DNA of 64,000 bases from an uncultured Gemmatimonadaceae bacterium. Lineage in GTDB: Bacteria > Gemmatimonadota > Gemmatimonadetes > Gemmatimonadales > Gemmatimonadaceae. The stretch is from positions 288,001 to 352,000 of the forward strand of contig OY970320.1 in the NCBI GenBank assembly GCA_963716745.1. The letters are read 5' to 3'. A model generated the notes under the pieces. It was not told the DNA's origin. It made no database searches and worked only from the letters and a program-made list of their open reading frames with translations. Made by a program: the position numbers and the translations under genes. This document shows, piece by piece, positions 47,277 through 59,530 of this stretch; position 1 is the stretch's first letter, and each line of letters starts with the position of its first letter.

Positions 47277-49197
47277 TACTTGTAACTCCGCTGCGCGAGG
47301 TGGACATTCTCGAACACGAGCGGCTCCTTGTGCATCACCGGCACCTTGCCATCGCCCTGGAATTCCCAAGCGGCGGCGTAGGCGTAGTGCTCGTCGTCAC
47401 GGCGCGCCTCCCCATCCGGCGTCTGATACTCCTCGCGAAAATGTGCGCCGCACGACTCGCGCCGCTCCAGAGCATCGCGGCACATCAGCTCGCCGAGTTC
47501 GAGGAAATCCGCCACGCGCCCCGCCTTCTCCAGCGCCTGGTTCAACTCGGCGTCGCTGCCCGGCACGTTCACGTCTCGCCAGAATTCGTCGCGCAGCTTC
47601 GCGATCGCCGCCATCCCGCGCTGGAGCCCCGCCTCGTTGCGCGCCATGCCGCAGTCCTCCCACATGATCCGCCCCAGCTCGCGATGGAACTCGTCCACGG
47701 TGCGCTTGCCCCTGATCGCGAGGAAGCGCTTGGTGCGCGCCGCGACCTCGGCCTCGGCCGCCTTGAACGCCGCATGCGAGGCATCGACCGGCGTCACTTT
47801 GTTGGTCGCGAGGTAATCGCCGATGGTGTACGGCAGGATGAAGTATCCATCGGCCAAACCCTGCATGAGCGCGCTCGCGCCGAGGCGGTTGGCACCGTGG
47901 TCCGAGAAGTTCGCTTCGCCGATCACGTGGAGGCCCGGCAGCGTGCTCATGAGATTGTAGTCCACCCACAGTCCGCCCATGGTGTAGTGCACCGCGGGAT
48001 AGATGCGCATGGGCCGCGTGTACGGATCCTCGCCGGTGATGCGCTCGTACATCTCGAACAGATTGCCGTACCGTTCTTCGATCGCGGCCTTGCCGAGCCG
48101 CTTGATCGCGTCGGCGAAATCGAGATACACGCCGCGGCCGCCCGGCCCGACGCCACGTCCCTCATCGCACACTTCTTTCGCCGCCCGCGACGCGATGTCG
48201 CGCGGCGAGAGGTTGCCGTAACTCGGATATTTCCGCTCGAGATAGTAATCGCGCTCGTTCTCCGGGATCTGCGCCGGCGCGCGCGCGTCGCCCTTCGCCT
48301 TGGGCACCCACACGCGCCCATCGTTGCGCAACGACTCGCTCATAAGCGTCAGCTTCGATTGATGCTCGCCGGCTTGCGGGATGCACGTCGGGATGGATCT
48401 GCGTGAAGCACGGGATTCGCGAACGCCGCGCCGCGCTTGTACGCGCGCCAGATCGCCGTCGCGTTCGATCCCTTCGCGTTGGTGGAGAGATAGAACACGT
48501 TGCCGTAGCCGCCCGTGCCGAGCACCACGGCGTCCGCCGCGTGCGACGTGACGGCGCCGGTCACGAGGTCGCGCACGACGATCCCGCGCGCCCTCCCGTC
48601 CACGAGCACCACGTCGAGCATCTCCGTGCGCGGGTACATCGTGACGCGCCCCGCGGCGATCTGCCGCTCCAGCGCCTGGTACGCACCGAGCAGGAGCTGC
48701 TGCCCCGTCTGGCCGCGCGCATAGAACGTGCGCGACACCTGCGCGCCGCCGAACGACCGGTTCGCGAGCAGCCCGCCGTACTCGCGCGCGAACGGCACGC
48801 CCTGCGCCACGCACTGATCGATGATGTTCACGCTCACCTGCGCGAGCCGGTACACGTTCGCCTCGCGCGCGCGGAAGTCCCCGCCCTTCACGGTATCGTA
48901 GAACAGCCGGCGGATGGAATCGCCATCGTTCTGGTAATTCTTCGCCGCGTTGATGCCGCCCTGCGCCGCGATGCTGTGCGCGCGGCGCGGCGAATCCTGG
49001 AAGCAGAAGCACTTCACCTGGTAGCCGAGCTCCGCGAGCGTCGCGGCCGCCGACGCGCCGGCGAGGCCAGACCCCACCACGAGCACGGTGTAGCGCCGTT
49101 TGTTCGCGGGATTCACCAGCTTCATCTCGAAGCGATGCTGGTCCCACTTCGCGTCGATCGGCCCAGCTGGGATCCGCGCGTTCAGGTCGATGCTCAT
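47276..49197 (-). CDS. sdhA: Succinate dehydrogenase/fumarate reductase flavoprotein (two one-base insertions, 48390-48414)
   Basis: [20 protein letters not shown], restored [36 protein letters not shown]. Confidence 0.94.
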
Positions 49198-49853
49198 CGC
49201 GCCCATCCCAGCAGCACGCCCACCGGCACGATCGTGAACCCGAGCCAGAGGATGAATGCGACCGCCAGCGAGATCCGATGCGCGAGCGGACGCTCCGACG
49301 CCGGCGCGACTCCCAGCGTGCGGAACACGCTCCATGAGCCGTGATACAGGTGGAGGCCCACCGCGATCATCGCCACAATGTAGAGCGCCGACACCCATGG
49401 CACCACGAAGCTCCCCACCACATTCCCGTACACGTCGCCCGCAACGAATGGCGCCGGCCGCAGCGTTCCCGTGGTGAAATGCAGCAGGTGCAGCACGATG
49501 AAGATGCCGATCACGAGCCCGCCCCACCGCATCGTGCGCGACGCCAGCGTCGCGGCCTGCGTCTCGTGCTTCGCGTACGCTACCGGCCGAGCCGCGCGAT
49601 CAATGCGGATCAACTGTACCGCCGCGATGACGTGCAGCACGAGCGACACGACGAGCACCGCGCGGATCGCCCACAGGATCTCACCCAGCGAATGCAGGAA
49701 CGCCGCGTAGCCATTGAGCTTCGCGGCGCCCATGAACACTTGCAGGTTGCCCACCATGTGGCCCACCAGGAACGCCACCATGATGAGACCCGTCACCGCC
49801 ATCACGGCCTTCTTGCCGACCGTGGATCTCCAGAAGCGCGCGATGCGAGTCAC
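49194..49853 (-). CDS. sdhC: Succinate dehydrogenase cytochrome b subunit (single large anchor)
   Basis: [39 protein letters not shown]. Confidence 0.92.
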   Translation of the reverse strand: MTRIARFWRSTVGKKAVMAVTGLIMVAFLVGHMVGNLQVFMGAAKLNGYAAFLHSLGEILWAIRAVLVVSLVLHVIAAVQLIRIDRAARPVAYAKHETQAATLASRTMRWGGLVIGIFIVLHLLHFTTGTLRPAPFVAGDVYGNVVGSFVVPWVSALYIVAMIAVGLHLYHGSWSVFRTLGVAPASERPLAHRISLAVAFILWLGFTIVPVGVLLGWAR

Positions 49854-49859
49854 GGAGCC

Positions 49860-50934
<1,075 letters not shown>

Positions 50935-50938
50935 TCGC

Positions 50939-51922
50939 TCATCCGCCCACCTGCGACAACGCGCGGAGACCCCCGACCTTCAGGAGCAGCAACTCGTGCT
51001 CCTTCGGCTTGTTCGCGAGCGCCTGTACATACAGCGGCGTCAGGTCGTCGCCCGCTCGCAGCGGGTCGCGCAGGTTCACCTCGTGATCGCCATAGAGACA
51101 GGTGCGCAGTTTGCCGTCGGCCGTGAGGCGCACGCGATTGCATGAGCCGCAGTACGTGTGCGTCATCGGCGTGATCACGCCAACAGTGCCCGGCGCGCCC
51201 ACGAAGCGGTGATAGACGGCAGGCCCGTTGCCGCGAGCCGGGCCGCTGTCGGCGACGAGCGCGCCGAGCGCCTCGAGTCGCGACAAGATCTCATCGCTCG
51301 GCACCACGTGCTCCCACGTGAGATCCCGCATCTCGCCGACCGGCATCAGCTCAATGAATCGCACATGCCACGGGTGCTCCATCGTGAGCCGCGCGAAATC
51401 CTCCACTTCGTCGTCGTTCACGCCACGCAGCACCACCATGTTCAGCTTCACTGGCGACAGCCCCGCCCGCTCGGCCGCGAGCGCAGCGGTCACGGGATCG
51501 AATCCCAAGTTCCGCCGCGCGATCGCGGAGATGCGTTCGGCACGCAGACTATCGGCGCTGATGTTCACCCGGTCGAGGCCGGCGGCACGCAGCTCCGCCG
51601 CGAGCGCCGGCATCTTCACGCCGTTCGTGGACAGCGCGATGTCCTCGATGCCCGGCACCGCCTTGAGCATCGCGATCAACTCGGCGAGGTCGGGCCGGAT
51701 GGTCGGCTCGCCGCCGGTGATGCGCAGCCGCCGCAAGCCGAGCGGCGCGAGCTGGCGCACGATCGCCGTGATCTCCTCGTAACTCAGGATGTCGCGCTTC
51801 GGCAGCCACTCCAAGCCTTCCGCCGGCATGCAGTACACGCAGCGGAAATTGCAGCGGTCGGTGACGGAGATCCGCAGATACTCGATGCTCCGTCCGAACT
51901 GATCCTTCAGCGCCGCGCTCAT
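50939..51922 (-). CDS. moaA: GTP 3',8-cyclase
   Basis: YLRISVTDRCNFRCVYC, ITGGEP, RFIELMP, CGSCNRVRL...CL, SQVGG C-terminus. Confidence 0.96.
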   Translation of the reverse strand: MSAALKDQFGRSIEYLRISVTDRCNFRCVYCMPAEGLEWLPKRDILSYEEITAIVRQLAPLGLRRLRITGGEPTIRPDLAELIAMLKAVPGIEDIALSTNGVKMPALAAELRAAGLDRVNISADSLRAERISAIARRNLGFDPVTAALAAERAGLSPVKLNMVVLRGVNDDEVEDFARLTMEHPWHVRFIELMPVGEMRDLTWEHVVPSDEILSRLEALGALVADSGPARGNGPAVYHRFVGAPGTVGVITPMTHTYCGSCNRVRLTADGKLRTCLYGDHEVNLRDPLRAGDDLTPLYVQALANKPKEHELLLLKVGGLRALSQVGG

Positions 51923-52356
51923 GAGCGCGCCTCTACCGCGGGCCGCGTCGGGTCCACCCATTCGCGCGTCCCGTCGACATACTCTTCCTTCTTCCACACC
52001 GGAACGCGGCGCTTCAATTGTTCGATCACGTAGCGCGACGCCTCGTACGCCGGCGCGCGATGTGCGTGCGACACCGCGATCCCCACGCTCACCTCGCCCA
52101 GCGCCAGGTCGCCGGTGCGATGCTCCACGACGATCTCCTCGGTTTCGAAACGCGCACAGGCCTCGGCGACGATCGTCTCGAGCTCACGAAGGGCCATCGC
52201 GTCGTACGCGCGGTACTCCAGGCCAGCGACCTCGCGCCCCTCGCTCATGTCCCGCACGGTGCCAAGGAAGAGCACGATCGCCCCGTGCGCGATGTTCCCC
52301 ACCTCGAGCACGAGGGCGCCCGGATCGATCGGACGGGACACGACGGCGACGCGCAC
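51919..52356 (-). CDS. moaE: Molybdopterin synthase catalytic subunit
   Basis: FLGTVR, LEYRAY, HRTG.L, HR..A, LKRRVPVWKKE. Confidence 0.95.
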   Translation of the reverse strand: MRVAVVSRPIDPGALVLEVGNIAHGAIVLFLGTVRDMSEGREVAGLEYRAYDAMALRELETIVAEACARFETEEIVVEHRTGDLALGEVSVGIAVSHAHRAPAYEASRYVIEQLKRRVPVWKKEEYVDGTREWVDPTRPAVEARS

Positions 52357-52358
52357 GT

Positions 52359-52601
52359 TCAGCCTCCCGCCACTGGCGGGATCACCGCCAGCTCATCGCC
52401 CGCCACGAGCACGGCGTCGCCCCGAGCGTAGGCCAGGTTCACCGCCACCAGCGGCGCTTCGGGGAGCGTCATGCCTCCGGGCAGGTCACGCAGCCGCGCC
52501 AGCGCATCGCTCACGGTAGCCCCGGGCGGAAGTGTGAGTTCCACCATGGGCCGGCCGAGCGCGTCGGCATACGAGGCGAAGAGCAGCGCCGTGACAGTCA
52601 T
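52359..52601 (-). CDS. moaD: Molybdopterin synthase sulfur carrier
   Basis: LLFA, VAVN, GDELAVIPPVAGG C-terminus. Confidence 0.94.
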   Translation of the reverse strand: MTVTALLFASYADALGRPMVELTLPPGATVSDALARLRDLPGGMTLPEAPLVAVNLAYARGDAVLVAGDELAVIPPVAGG

Positions 52602-52616
52602 GGTCTAATGATAACG

Positions 52617-52641
52617 AAAAGCGCCCCGGCCGGGGGCGCTT
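52617..52641 (-). terminator. Rho-independent terminator after the HU gene
   Basis: Stem aagcgcccc/ggggcgctt; read on the minus strand it ends in TTTT. Confidence 0.7.
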
Positions 52642-52693
52642 ACAACGGACCTAGACAATACTGCTGGAAGGTCGAATGCGTCGTTGTATGGTA

Positions 52694-52724
52694 GTCTACG
52701 TCTAACGTCTAAGTCTAACGTCTG
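52694..52724. repeat. Tandem GTCTAA(C) units, same family as 50850-50934
   Basis: gtctac gtctaac gtctaa gtctaac gtctg, just 3' of the HU stop. Confidence 0.75.
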
Positions 52725-52730
52725 CTGTGC

Positions 52731-53063
52731 TCAAACCCGCGACTTCGCCTGCGCCAACTCCTCGGGCGTCACCTCGGCGACGAGGGCGCGCAACTCTTTG
52801 CTCGGCTTGAAGACTGGCACGGGGCGGGCTGAGACTTCGACGGGCGATCCGGTGCGCGGATTGCGCGCCATGCGCGTCTTCCGCTGGCGGATCTTGAACG
52901 TGCCGAACCCGCGGACCTCGATGTTCCGCTGCTCCTTGAGCGCGTCCTTGATCGCATCCAGGAAGGAGTCGACCACGCGCGCGCAGTCCTTTTTCGAGAT
53001 CATCGGGCCTGCCGTACGGGAGATCTGCGCCGTAACGCGCTCGACCAGATCAGCTTTGGTCAT
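52731..53063 (-). CDS. HU/IHF family DNA-binding protein
   Basis: MTKADLV, IEVRGFGTF, ARNPRTG, PVFKPSKELR. Confidence 0.95.
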   Translation of the reverse strand: MTKADLVERVTAQISRTAGPMISKKDCARVVDSFLDAIKDALKEQRNIEVRGFGTFKIRQRKTRMARNPRTGSPVEVSARPVPVFKPSKELRALVAEVTPEELAQAKSRV

Positions 53064-53109
53064 TCGTAGCCTCGGAAAGATCGCCCGCCAACCCGCGGGC
53101 CCTGCGACG

Positions 53110-53139
53110 AAACTATGGGCTTACTTGCTTGTGTGTCAA
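53110..53139 (-). promoter_or_regulatory. Putative promoter of the HU/IHF gene
   Basis: TTGACA (overlapping the carA TGA)-18 bp-TAGTTT. Confidence 0.45.
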
Positions 53140-54269
53140 GCATTTGCCTGACTGGAACGACTGTTCGAAGCGACCGCCTCCATGAATTCCGAGAACAATG
53201 GCCTCGCATCATGCGGCCCGGGCGCGGCCTCCGGGTGGTATTGCACCGCGAACACGGGCAGTTCGCGGTGCCGGAGCCCCTCCACCGTGCCGTCGTTCAG
53301 ATTCACATGCGTCACACGCAACTCCGGCGCTCCCGGGATCCCCTTCTCGTTGCCCACCACGCTGAATCCGTGGTTCTGCGACGTGATCAGCACGCGTCCC
53401 GTATCGATCTCCTTCACCGGATGATTCCCGCCCCGGTGACCGAACGGCATCTTCTCCGTGCGCGCGCCGTACGTGAGCCCCAGCAATTGGTGCCCCAGAC
53501 AGATGCCGAGCACCGGCATTCCCTTTTTCGCGAGCGCCCGGATGATCGCCGGCGCATAACTCACCGCCGCCGGATCGCCGGGACCGTTGGCGAGGAACAC
53601 GCCGTCGGGCCCCAAATCCATCGTTTTTTCCGCCGGCGTTTCCGCCGGAACCACGGTCACTCGGCAGCCATTCTCTGCAAAGAGGCGCAGGATATTGCGC
53701 TTGATCCCGTAATCGTAGGCGACGATGTGTTTCGCAGCGCTCGCGTCGCCCCAGCTGTATGACGTTAGCGTGGACACGCGCGATGCGAGATCCAGCCCTT
53801 CCATTGACGGACAGGCTTCCAGCGCCGCAACGGCATCCGCCCCCGGTTCCTCGCCCGCGGCCACAACGCCGCGCATGACGCCCCGCGACCGGAGGTGCCG
53901 CGTGAGGCGCCGAGTGTCAACGTCTTGCAGTATCGGGATTTGTGCGGAGCTCAACCACTTTGGCAACCCGCCCTGGGATCGCCAGTTCGACGGGTGCGAA
54001 GAGAGCTCGCGCACGATCACGCCGGCGACCTGCGCGCGCTCCGATTCGGGGTCCTCTTCGTTCGTGCCGTAGTTGCCGATCATGGGCGCGGTCATGACCA
54101 CGATCTGGCCGCGATAGGACGGATCGGTGAACACTTCCTGGTAGCCGGTCATGTTCGTCGTGAACACCACCTCGGCGACCGCGAGCGGAGCGTCGGACGC
54201 GAAAGTGCCACGAAAAAGGGTTCCGTCCTCAAGGAGGAGGAACCCCGGATTCGTGCCGAGCGCGGGCAA
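53136..54269 (-). CDS. carA: Carbamoyl-phosphate synthase small subunit
   Basis: [60 protein letters not shown] start approximate. Confidence 0.95.
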   Translation of the reverse strand: MPALGTNPGFLLLEDGTLFRGTFASDAPLAVAEVVFTTNMTGYQEVFTDPSYRGQIVVMTAPMIGNYGTNEEDPESERAQVAGVIVRELSSHPSNWRSQGGLPKWLSSAQIPILQDVDTRRLTRHLRSRGVMRGVVAAGEEPGADAVAALEACPSMEGLDLASRVSTLTSYSWGDASAAKHIVAYDYGIKRNILRLFAENGCRVTVVPAETPAEKTMDLGPDGVFLANGPGDPAAVSYAPAIIRALAKKGMPVLGICLGHQLLGLTYGARTEKMPFGHRGGNHPVKEIDTGRVLITSQNHGFSVVGNEKGIPGAPELRVTHVNLNDGTVEGLRHRELPVFAVQYHPEAAPGPHDARPLFSEFMEAVASNSRSSQANA

Positions 54270-54274
54270 CGGGA

Positions 54275-54655
54275 TCAGCGCGGTGGTGTCTTTGACGGCG
54301 CAGCGGGCGCGGTGGGCGCAGGCTGCAACGGGACGATCGGCGCGGTGTTCGCCGGCGCACTTTGCGTTGGCGCTTGCGTCTGGGGCGCGGTGAGCTGATC
54401 GAGCGCCGACTTCGGCACCGCGGGACGCGCGCTCATGATCGCGAGCATGTACGCGATGAACAGGAAGGTGCCGCCCAGGTACCACGTCGCCTTGCTGATC
54501 CCGGTGGCCATCTGGTGCGAGCCCATGATGTCGCTGGACGACGACGCGCCGCCGAAGCTGGCGGCGAGCCCGCTGCCCTTGCCGGACTGAATGAGTACCG
54601 CCGCGATGAGCACGACGCTCACCAGAATGAGAAGGACGAGGAGGAACGTGTACAT
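54275..54655 (-). CDS. secG: Preprotein translocase subunit SecG
   Basis: [17 protein letters not shown], two TM helices, Pro/Ala tail; follows tpiA. Confidence 0.9.
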   Translation of the reverse strand: MYTFLLVLLILVSVVLIAAVLIQSGKGSGLAASFGGASSSSDIMGSHQMATGISKATWYLGGTFLFIAYMLAIMSARPAVPKSALDQLTAPQTQAPTQSAPANTAPIVPLQPAPTAPAAPSKTPPR

Positions 54656-54692
54656 TTATCCGGCGGGAGAGGAGGAACGAGCTAAGCACCGA

Positions 54693-54721
54693 AGCTTAGG
54701 CACCTTACGACCTCTGGTCAA
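54693..54721 (-). promoter_or_regulatory. Putative promoter of secG-carA
   Basis: TTGACC (overlapping the tpiA TGA)-17 bp-TAAGCT. Confidence 0.5.
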
Positions 54722-55467
54722 GCCTGCGCGATCTTCGCCCACGCGTCCGGATCGAGGCTCGCGCCGCCCACGAGTACGCCGTCCACCTCGGGGGCCGCGA
54801 GGAGCTCGGAAACGTTCTCGGCGTTCACGCTCCCGCCATAGAGAATGGGGATGTCGGCGCTCTTGGATCCGATCGATTCCTTGAGCGCGCGCCGGATGGC
54901 GGTGTGCACGTTCGTCGCATCTTCAGGCCGCGCGGTGCGCCCGGTGCCGATCGCCCACACCGGCTCGTACGCAACGCAGAGCGTGGCGATCTGCGATGGC
55001 TCGAGGCGGCTGATGCCCGCTTTCAATTGCCGGAGCACCACGGCCTGCGTCGTGTTGCGTTCGCGCTCCTCGAGGCGCTCGCCCACGCAGAGCATCGCGG
55101 TGAGTCCCGCGCGGTAGGCCGTCGCGCATTTCTTCGCGGTCATCTCGTCGGTCTCGCCGAACAGTTGGCGGCGCTCGGAGTGGCCGACGAGCGCCATCTT
55201 CGCGCCCGCGTCCTTGGCCATGAATGCCGCATTCTCGCCCGTGAACGCCCCCTTCTCCTCCCAATGGATGTTCTGCACGCCCACGATCATCTCCGGGCGG
55301 TCCTTGAGCGCGTAGGCGGATACGACCACCGAGAGCGCCGACGGGAAGAAGACGAACGTGCGGTCGGTGCGCGGCGCCGTGAGTTCGCAGAAGCGTGTGA
55401 GATAGGCGCGCGCGTCCTGCGCGCCCAGGTTCATCTTCCAGTTCGCGGCGAATACGGGGCGCTTCAC
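54718..55467 (-). CDS. tpiA: Triosephosphate isomerase
   Basis: AANWKMN, GAFTGE, GHSERR, AYEPVWAIGTG, LYGGSV, LVGGASL. Confidence 0.97.
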   Translation of the reverse strand: MKRPVFAANWKMNLGAQDARAYLTRFCELTAPRTDRTFVFFPSALSVVVSAYALKDRPEMIVGVQNIHWEEKGAFTGENAAFMAKDAGAKMALVGHSERRQLFGETDEMTAKKCATAYRAGLTAMLCVGERLEERERNTTQAVVLRQLKAGISRLEPSQIATLCVAYEPVWAIGTGRTARPEDATNVHTAIRRALKESIGSKSADIPILYGGSVNAENVSELLAAPEVDGVLVGGASLDPDAWAKIAQA

Positions 55468-56663
55468 GCGGCCCTCTCGTCGAGCGCGGCGACGCCGGGC
55501 AGCACTTTCCCCTCGAGGAATTCGAGCGAGGCACCGCCGCCGGTGGAGACATGGCTCATCTTGTCCGCGAGGCCGAACGTCTCGACCGCGGCGGCGGAGT
55601 CGCCGCCGCCGACGATCGTCGTGGCGCCCGCGGCCGTCGCGTGCGCCATCGCGTTCGCGATCGCTCGCGTACCCGCGTCGAAGGGCGGCCGCTCGAACAC
55701 GCCCATCGGGCCGTTCCACACGACGGTCTTCGCGCCCGTGATCTCGCGTGCGAAACGCTCGCCGGATCGCGGACCAATATCGAACATCGCCTCGGCTGCG
55801 GGAATCGCACCGCGCGCCACCACATGCGCACCGGCCGGCGCGTCCATCGAGTCCGCGACGAGCGCGTCGTCGGGGAGCATCAACTTTGCGCCGGACTTCG
55901 CGACGAGTTCCTTGGCCATGGGCACGCGGTCGTCCTCCACCAGCGACTTGCCGGTCTCGAGGCCCATTGCTTTGAAGAAGGTGCACGCCATCGCGCCGCC
56001 GATGATCAAGCGGTCCACCTTGGGCAGCAGTGCCGAGATGACATCGATCTTGCCCGAGATCTTCGCGCCGCCGAGCACCGCGACGAAGGGCCGGCGCGGC
56101 TGGGCGAGCGCGTCGCCGAGATATGCGAGTTCGCGCTCCATGAGCAAGCCAGCGACCGCGGGCTTCACATAACGCGCGACGCCCTCGGTAGACGCATGCG
56201 CGCGGTGCGCGCTCCCGAACGCATCGTTCACGTAGACATCGCCGAGCATCGCGAGCTGGCGCGAGAGGGCGTCGTCATTCTTCTCCTCGCCGGCGAGGAA
56301 GCGCGTATTCTCGAGCAGGAGGATCTCACCGTCGGCCAGCGCCTTGGTCGCGGCGATGGCCGCGTCATCCGTGGTGGATGCCACGAATCGCACCATGCGC
56401 TTGGTGAGCGTCGCGAGTTTCTTCGCGACCGGCGCGAGCGAATACTTGGCCTCCGGTTTGCCTTTCGGACGCCCGAGATGCGAGAGCAGCACCACGCGCG
56501 CGCCGGCGTTCGCGAGCGCATCGATCGTGGGCATCGCGGCGCGCAGCCGCGTGTCGTCGGAGACCTGATCGCCTTCCATTGGAACGTTGAAATCGACGCG
56601 CACCAGCACGCGCTTGCCGCGCAACGACGACGGCGGCAGATCCTTGATGGTGCGCTTCGCCAT
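55464..56663 (-). CDS. pgk: Phosphoglycerate kinase
   Basis: RVDFNVP, SHLGRP, NDAFGSAHRAHAS, WNGPMGVFE, STGGGASLE. Confidence 0.97.
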   Translation of the reverse strand: MAKRTIKDLPPSSLRGKRVLVRVDFNVPMEGDQVSDDTRLRAAMPTIDALANAGARVVLLSHLGRPKGKPEAKYSLAPVAKKLATLTKRMVRFVASTTDDAAIAATKALADGEILLLENTRFLAGEEKNDDALSRQLAMLGDVYVNDAFGSAHRAHASTEGVARYVKPAVAGLLMERELAYLGDALAQPRRPFVAVLGGAKISGKIDVISALLPKVDRLIIGGAMACTFFKAMGLETGKSLVEDDRVPMAKELVAKSGAKLMLPDDALVADSMDAPAGAHVVARGAIPAAEAMFDIGPRSGERFAREITGAKTVVWNGPMGVFERPPFDAGTRAIANAMAHATAAGATTIVGGGDSAAAVETFGLADKMSHVSTGGGASLEFLEGKVLPGVAALDERAA

Positions 56664-56935
56664 CAGGGCGCCTCGTGCCGCCGCGCATGGAAGCGCCCGA
56701 AGGACCACGCCATCGCAATGCCGCCGATGCCGATGAAGCCGAGGCCCGCGAGGGACATCAGCCAGAGTCGCGTGAAGCGCGCGATGGCGGGATGACCCGG
56801 CACCGGTACGATCGGCACGACGGCCATCGTGTGCATGCCGAGGTACGACGCCGCATACAGGAATGCCCCCAACCCGAGGAACGCGAGCGCGATCTTGTCG
56901 CGGCGGCGGTCGGCCGACGTGAGCGCGCTGGTCAC
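56663..56935 (-). CDS. Small two-TM membrane protein of unknown function
   Basis: 90 aa, two hydrophobic segments; fills the gap-pgk interval exactly with GTGA and TGATG overlaps. Confidence 0.7.
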   Translation of the reverse strand: MTSALTSADRRRDKIALAFLGLGAFLYAASYLGMHTMAVVPIVPVPGHPAIARFTRLWLMSLAGLGFIGIGGIAMAWSFGRFHARRHEAP

Positions 56936-57945
56936 TGACGCGCGCCAATGTACCGAAGCAGGTCCACGCAGCGGGAGGCGTAGCCCCACTCATTATCGTA
57001 CCAGCCGGTGACCTTCACGAGCGTGCCGTCGATGACGGCTGTGCACTTGGCATCGAAGGTGCACGAGAACGGGTTGCCGATGAAATCCACAGACACGAGC
57101 TCCTCTTCCGTATAGTCGAGGAAGCCGAAGAGCGGCCCCTCCTGGGACGCTTTCTTGAACGCCGCGTTCACCGCATCCACGGTGGTCGGGCGCTCGACTT
57201 CCGCAACGAGATCGGTGAAGGAGACGTCGGGGGTCGGCACCCGCACCGCGATGCCGTCGATCTTCCCCTTCACCTCTGGGATGACGAGCGCCGTGGCCTT
57301 CGCGGCACCGGTCGTCGTGGGGATCATCGAGACGGCGGCCGCCCGCGCGCGCCGCAGGTCCTTGTGCGGCAGGTCGAGGATCGATTGGTCATTGGTGTAG
57401 CTGTGGATCGTGGTCATCGACCCGTGTTTGAAGCCGAAATTGTCCCGCACCACTTTGACCATGGGCACGAGGCAGTTCGTCGTGCAGCTCGCGTTCGAGA
57501 TGATGGTGTGCTTCTTCCCATCATACTTGTCGTGATTGACGCCCATGACGACGGTGATGTCCTCGCCCTTCGCGGGGGCGGAGATGATCACTCTCTTGGC
57601 GCCCGCCGTGATGTGCTTGCGCGCGTCGTCCGCGTTCGTGAAGCGCCCCGTGGATTCGAGCACGAGGTCCACGCCGAGTTGGGCCCACGGGAGGAGCGCC
57701 GGGTCCTTATGCGAGAAGACCTCCATCTCGTCGCCATCGATCGTGATGCTCGCGGCGCCTCCGCTCACCTCACCCTCGAAGATGCCGTGCACGGAATCGT
57801 ACTTGAACAGGTGCGCGAGCGTCTTCGTGTCGGTCAGATCGTTCACCGCCACGAAATCGAGGTCCGCGATCCCCTGCTCTTTCGCCGCGCGCACGACTTG
57901 GCGGCCAATGCGTCCGAATCCGTTGATCCCGACTTTGATGGTCAT
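56932..57945 (-). CDS. gap: Glyceraldehyde-3-phosphate dehydrogenase, type I
   Basis: [28 protein letters not shown]. Confidence 0.98.
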   Translation of the reverse strand: MTIKVGINGFGRIGRQVVRAAKEQGIADLDFVAVNDLTDTKTLAHLFKYDSVHGIFEGEVSGGAASITIDGDEMEVFSHKDPALLPWAQLGVDLVLESTGRFTNADDARKHITAGAKRVIISAPAKGEDITVVMGVNHDKYDGKKHTIISNASCTTNCLVPMVKVVRDNFGFKHGSMTTIHSYTNDQSILDLPHKDLRRARAAAVSMIPTTTGAAKATALVIPEVKGKIDGIAVRVPTPDVSFTDLVAEVERPTTVDAVNAAFKKASQEGPLFGFLDYTEEELVSVDFIGNPFSCTFDAKCTAVIDGTLVKVTGWYDNEWGYASRCVDLLRYIGARQ

Positions 57946-57966
57946 CGTTCCGATAGCTCCTGAGGG

Positions 57967-58716
57967 TCAGGCGCGATCGCCCATGGCGGGCGCGCGTCCG
58001 AAGGTGACGAGACTGATGATGCGGGCCCCGCCGGCGAAGAGTGCCGCGGCGCACGCGGAGAGCGTGGCTCCGGTGGTGATGATGTCATCCACGAGCACGA
58101 CGTGCGCGCCGCGAAGCCGCGCTCCGGCATCCGCGCCCACGGCGAATGCGCCGGAAACGTTGCGGCGGCGCTCCTCCGGTGTCAATCGGGTCTGCGTGCC
58201 GGTCGTGCGCGTGCGTGTCAACACATCCTCCCACACCGGCACGCCCCAGTGCGGCGCGAGCGCGCACGCCAACAGCGCGCTCTGGTTGTAGCCGCGTTCG
58301 CGCTCGCGATCCGCCGCCAGCGGCACCGGCACCAACGCCGCACGCTCGGCCATGACGTCGGCGGGCCACGTGAGCTGCGCCATCGCGCGGCCCATCTCCG
58401 TGGCGGTCGCGCGCCAGCCGCCGTACTTGAGCGCGTGCACGATCCCGCCACCCGTTCCGCCGGGGATCCAGCAGTACGATCGCGCCGCGCGAACGTACGG
58501 CGGCAGCGACTCGCACCACGCGCAGGCATCGCGCGTGCCGGGATGCCCGCAGCGATCGCAACGCGGCGACGGCAGACGCCGCACGCGCGTCCAGCAGTGC
58601 GCGCAGGCCAGGCGGTTGTCCCGCGCATCGGTGAGACGCGCGCATACGACACACGCCCGGGGCAGCAGCAGATCCAGCAACCCGGCCGCCGCGGATGACG
58701 CCCACTCAGTGCGCAT
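57967..58716 (-). CDS. comF: ComF family double zinc ribbon/phosphoribosyltransferase protein
   Basis: CxxC pairs, LKY, RGYNQS, VVLVDDIITTGAT. Confidence 0.9.
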   Translation of the reverse strand: MRTEWASSAAAGLLDLLLPRACVVCARLTDARDNRLACAHCWTRVRRLPSPRCDRCGHPGTRDACAWCESLPPYVRAARSYCWIPGGTGGGIVHALKYGGWRATATEMGRAMAQLTWPADVMAERAALVPVPLAADRERERGYNQSALLACALAPHWGVPVWEDVLTRTRTTGTQTRLTPEERRRNVSGAFAVGADAGARLRGAHVVLVDDIITTGATLSACAAALFAGGARIISLVTFGRAPAMGDRA

Positions 58717-59530
58717 CGGTCGGCTCCATGGTCACCGCGTCCCACATCACGTCGCGTGGCGCCGGAATGCCGAACCATGCCTCGAACGCGAGCGCGCCCT
58801 GCTCGATAAGCATCGGGAGACCATCAACCGCGCGGTGCCCGCATGCGCGCGCCGCGCGCACCCAGGGCGTGGTGCCGCGCCGGTAGACGAGATCCGCGAT
58901 CGCCGCGTCGAAGCGCAGCGACTCGATCGCGACCGGCATCTCGTCATCTTCGAGACCGGCGGCCGACGCGTTGATCACGAGCGTCGCGCCCTGCACCGCG
59001 TCCTCCGGCGACTCCGTCACGCGCGTCACCACCGGGAACCGCTCGGCGAGCTTCGCCGAGCGCACAGGACTCCTATTGTACACGGTGACATCGCATCCCG
59101 GCCTGCCGTCGAGCGCCGCGAGTGCCGCCGCCGCTGCGCCGCCCGCGCCGAGCAGCGCGATGTGCCCCGCGGGCGGCGCGCCAAGCAACTGATCCAGCAG
59201 CGCGATCACTCCGCCCACGTCGGTATTGTGGCCGTTGAGACGACCGTCGTCGTCCACCCAGAACGTGTTCACCGCGCCCACGCGCTCGGCCACCGCGGTG
59301 CGCACGTCGCAGAGCGCGGCCATCGCCTCTTTGTGCGGAATGGTGACGTTGCCGGCCGCGCCGTCCTCGGCGAGCAAACGCACCGTGGCCGCGAGGTCGG
59401 GCGCGAGCACGTCGAGCGCGCCGTACGTGAGCGGGATGCCTGCGCGCGCGAGCGCCGCGTTCTGGAACGCGGGCGACAGCGAGTGATCCACGGGGTGGCC
59501 GAGCAGGACCAGCCGGCTCGGGCGGCGCAT
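58706..59530 (-). CDS. aroE: Shikimate dehydrogenase
   Basis: GHPVDHSLSP, NVTIPHKE, GAVNT, NTD, GAGGAA, DLVY, MLIEQGA. Confidence 0.94.
   Translation of the reverse strand: MRRPSRLVLLGHPVDHSLSPAFQNAALARAGIPLTYGALDVLAPDLAATVRLLAEDGAAGNVTIPHKEAMAALCDVRTAVAERVGAVNTFWVDDDGRLNGHNTDVGGVIALLDQLLGAPPAGHIALLGAGGAAAAALAALDGRPGCDVTVYNRSPVRSAKLAERFPVVTRVTESPEDAVQGATLVINASAAGLEDDEMPVAIESLRFDAAIADLVYRRGTTPWVRAARACGHRAVDGLPMLIEQGALAFEAWFGIPAPRDVMWDAVTMEPTDAH

Noticed and set aside
54656..54717. tRNA or other RNA gene near secG and in other intergenic gaps
   Set aside because: No cloverleaf, T-loop (GTTCGA) with acceptor stem, or riboswitch pattern recognised by eye. A tRNAscan/Rfam run would be needed to exclude one fully.
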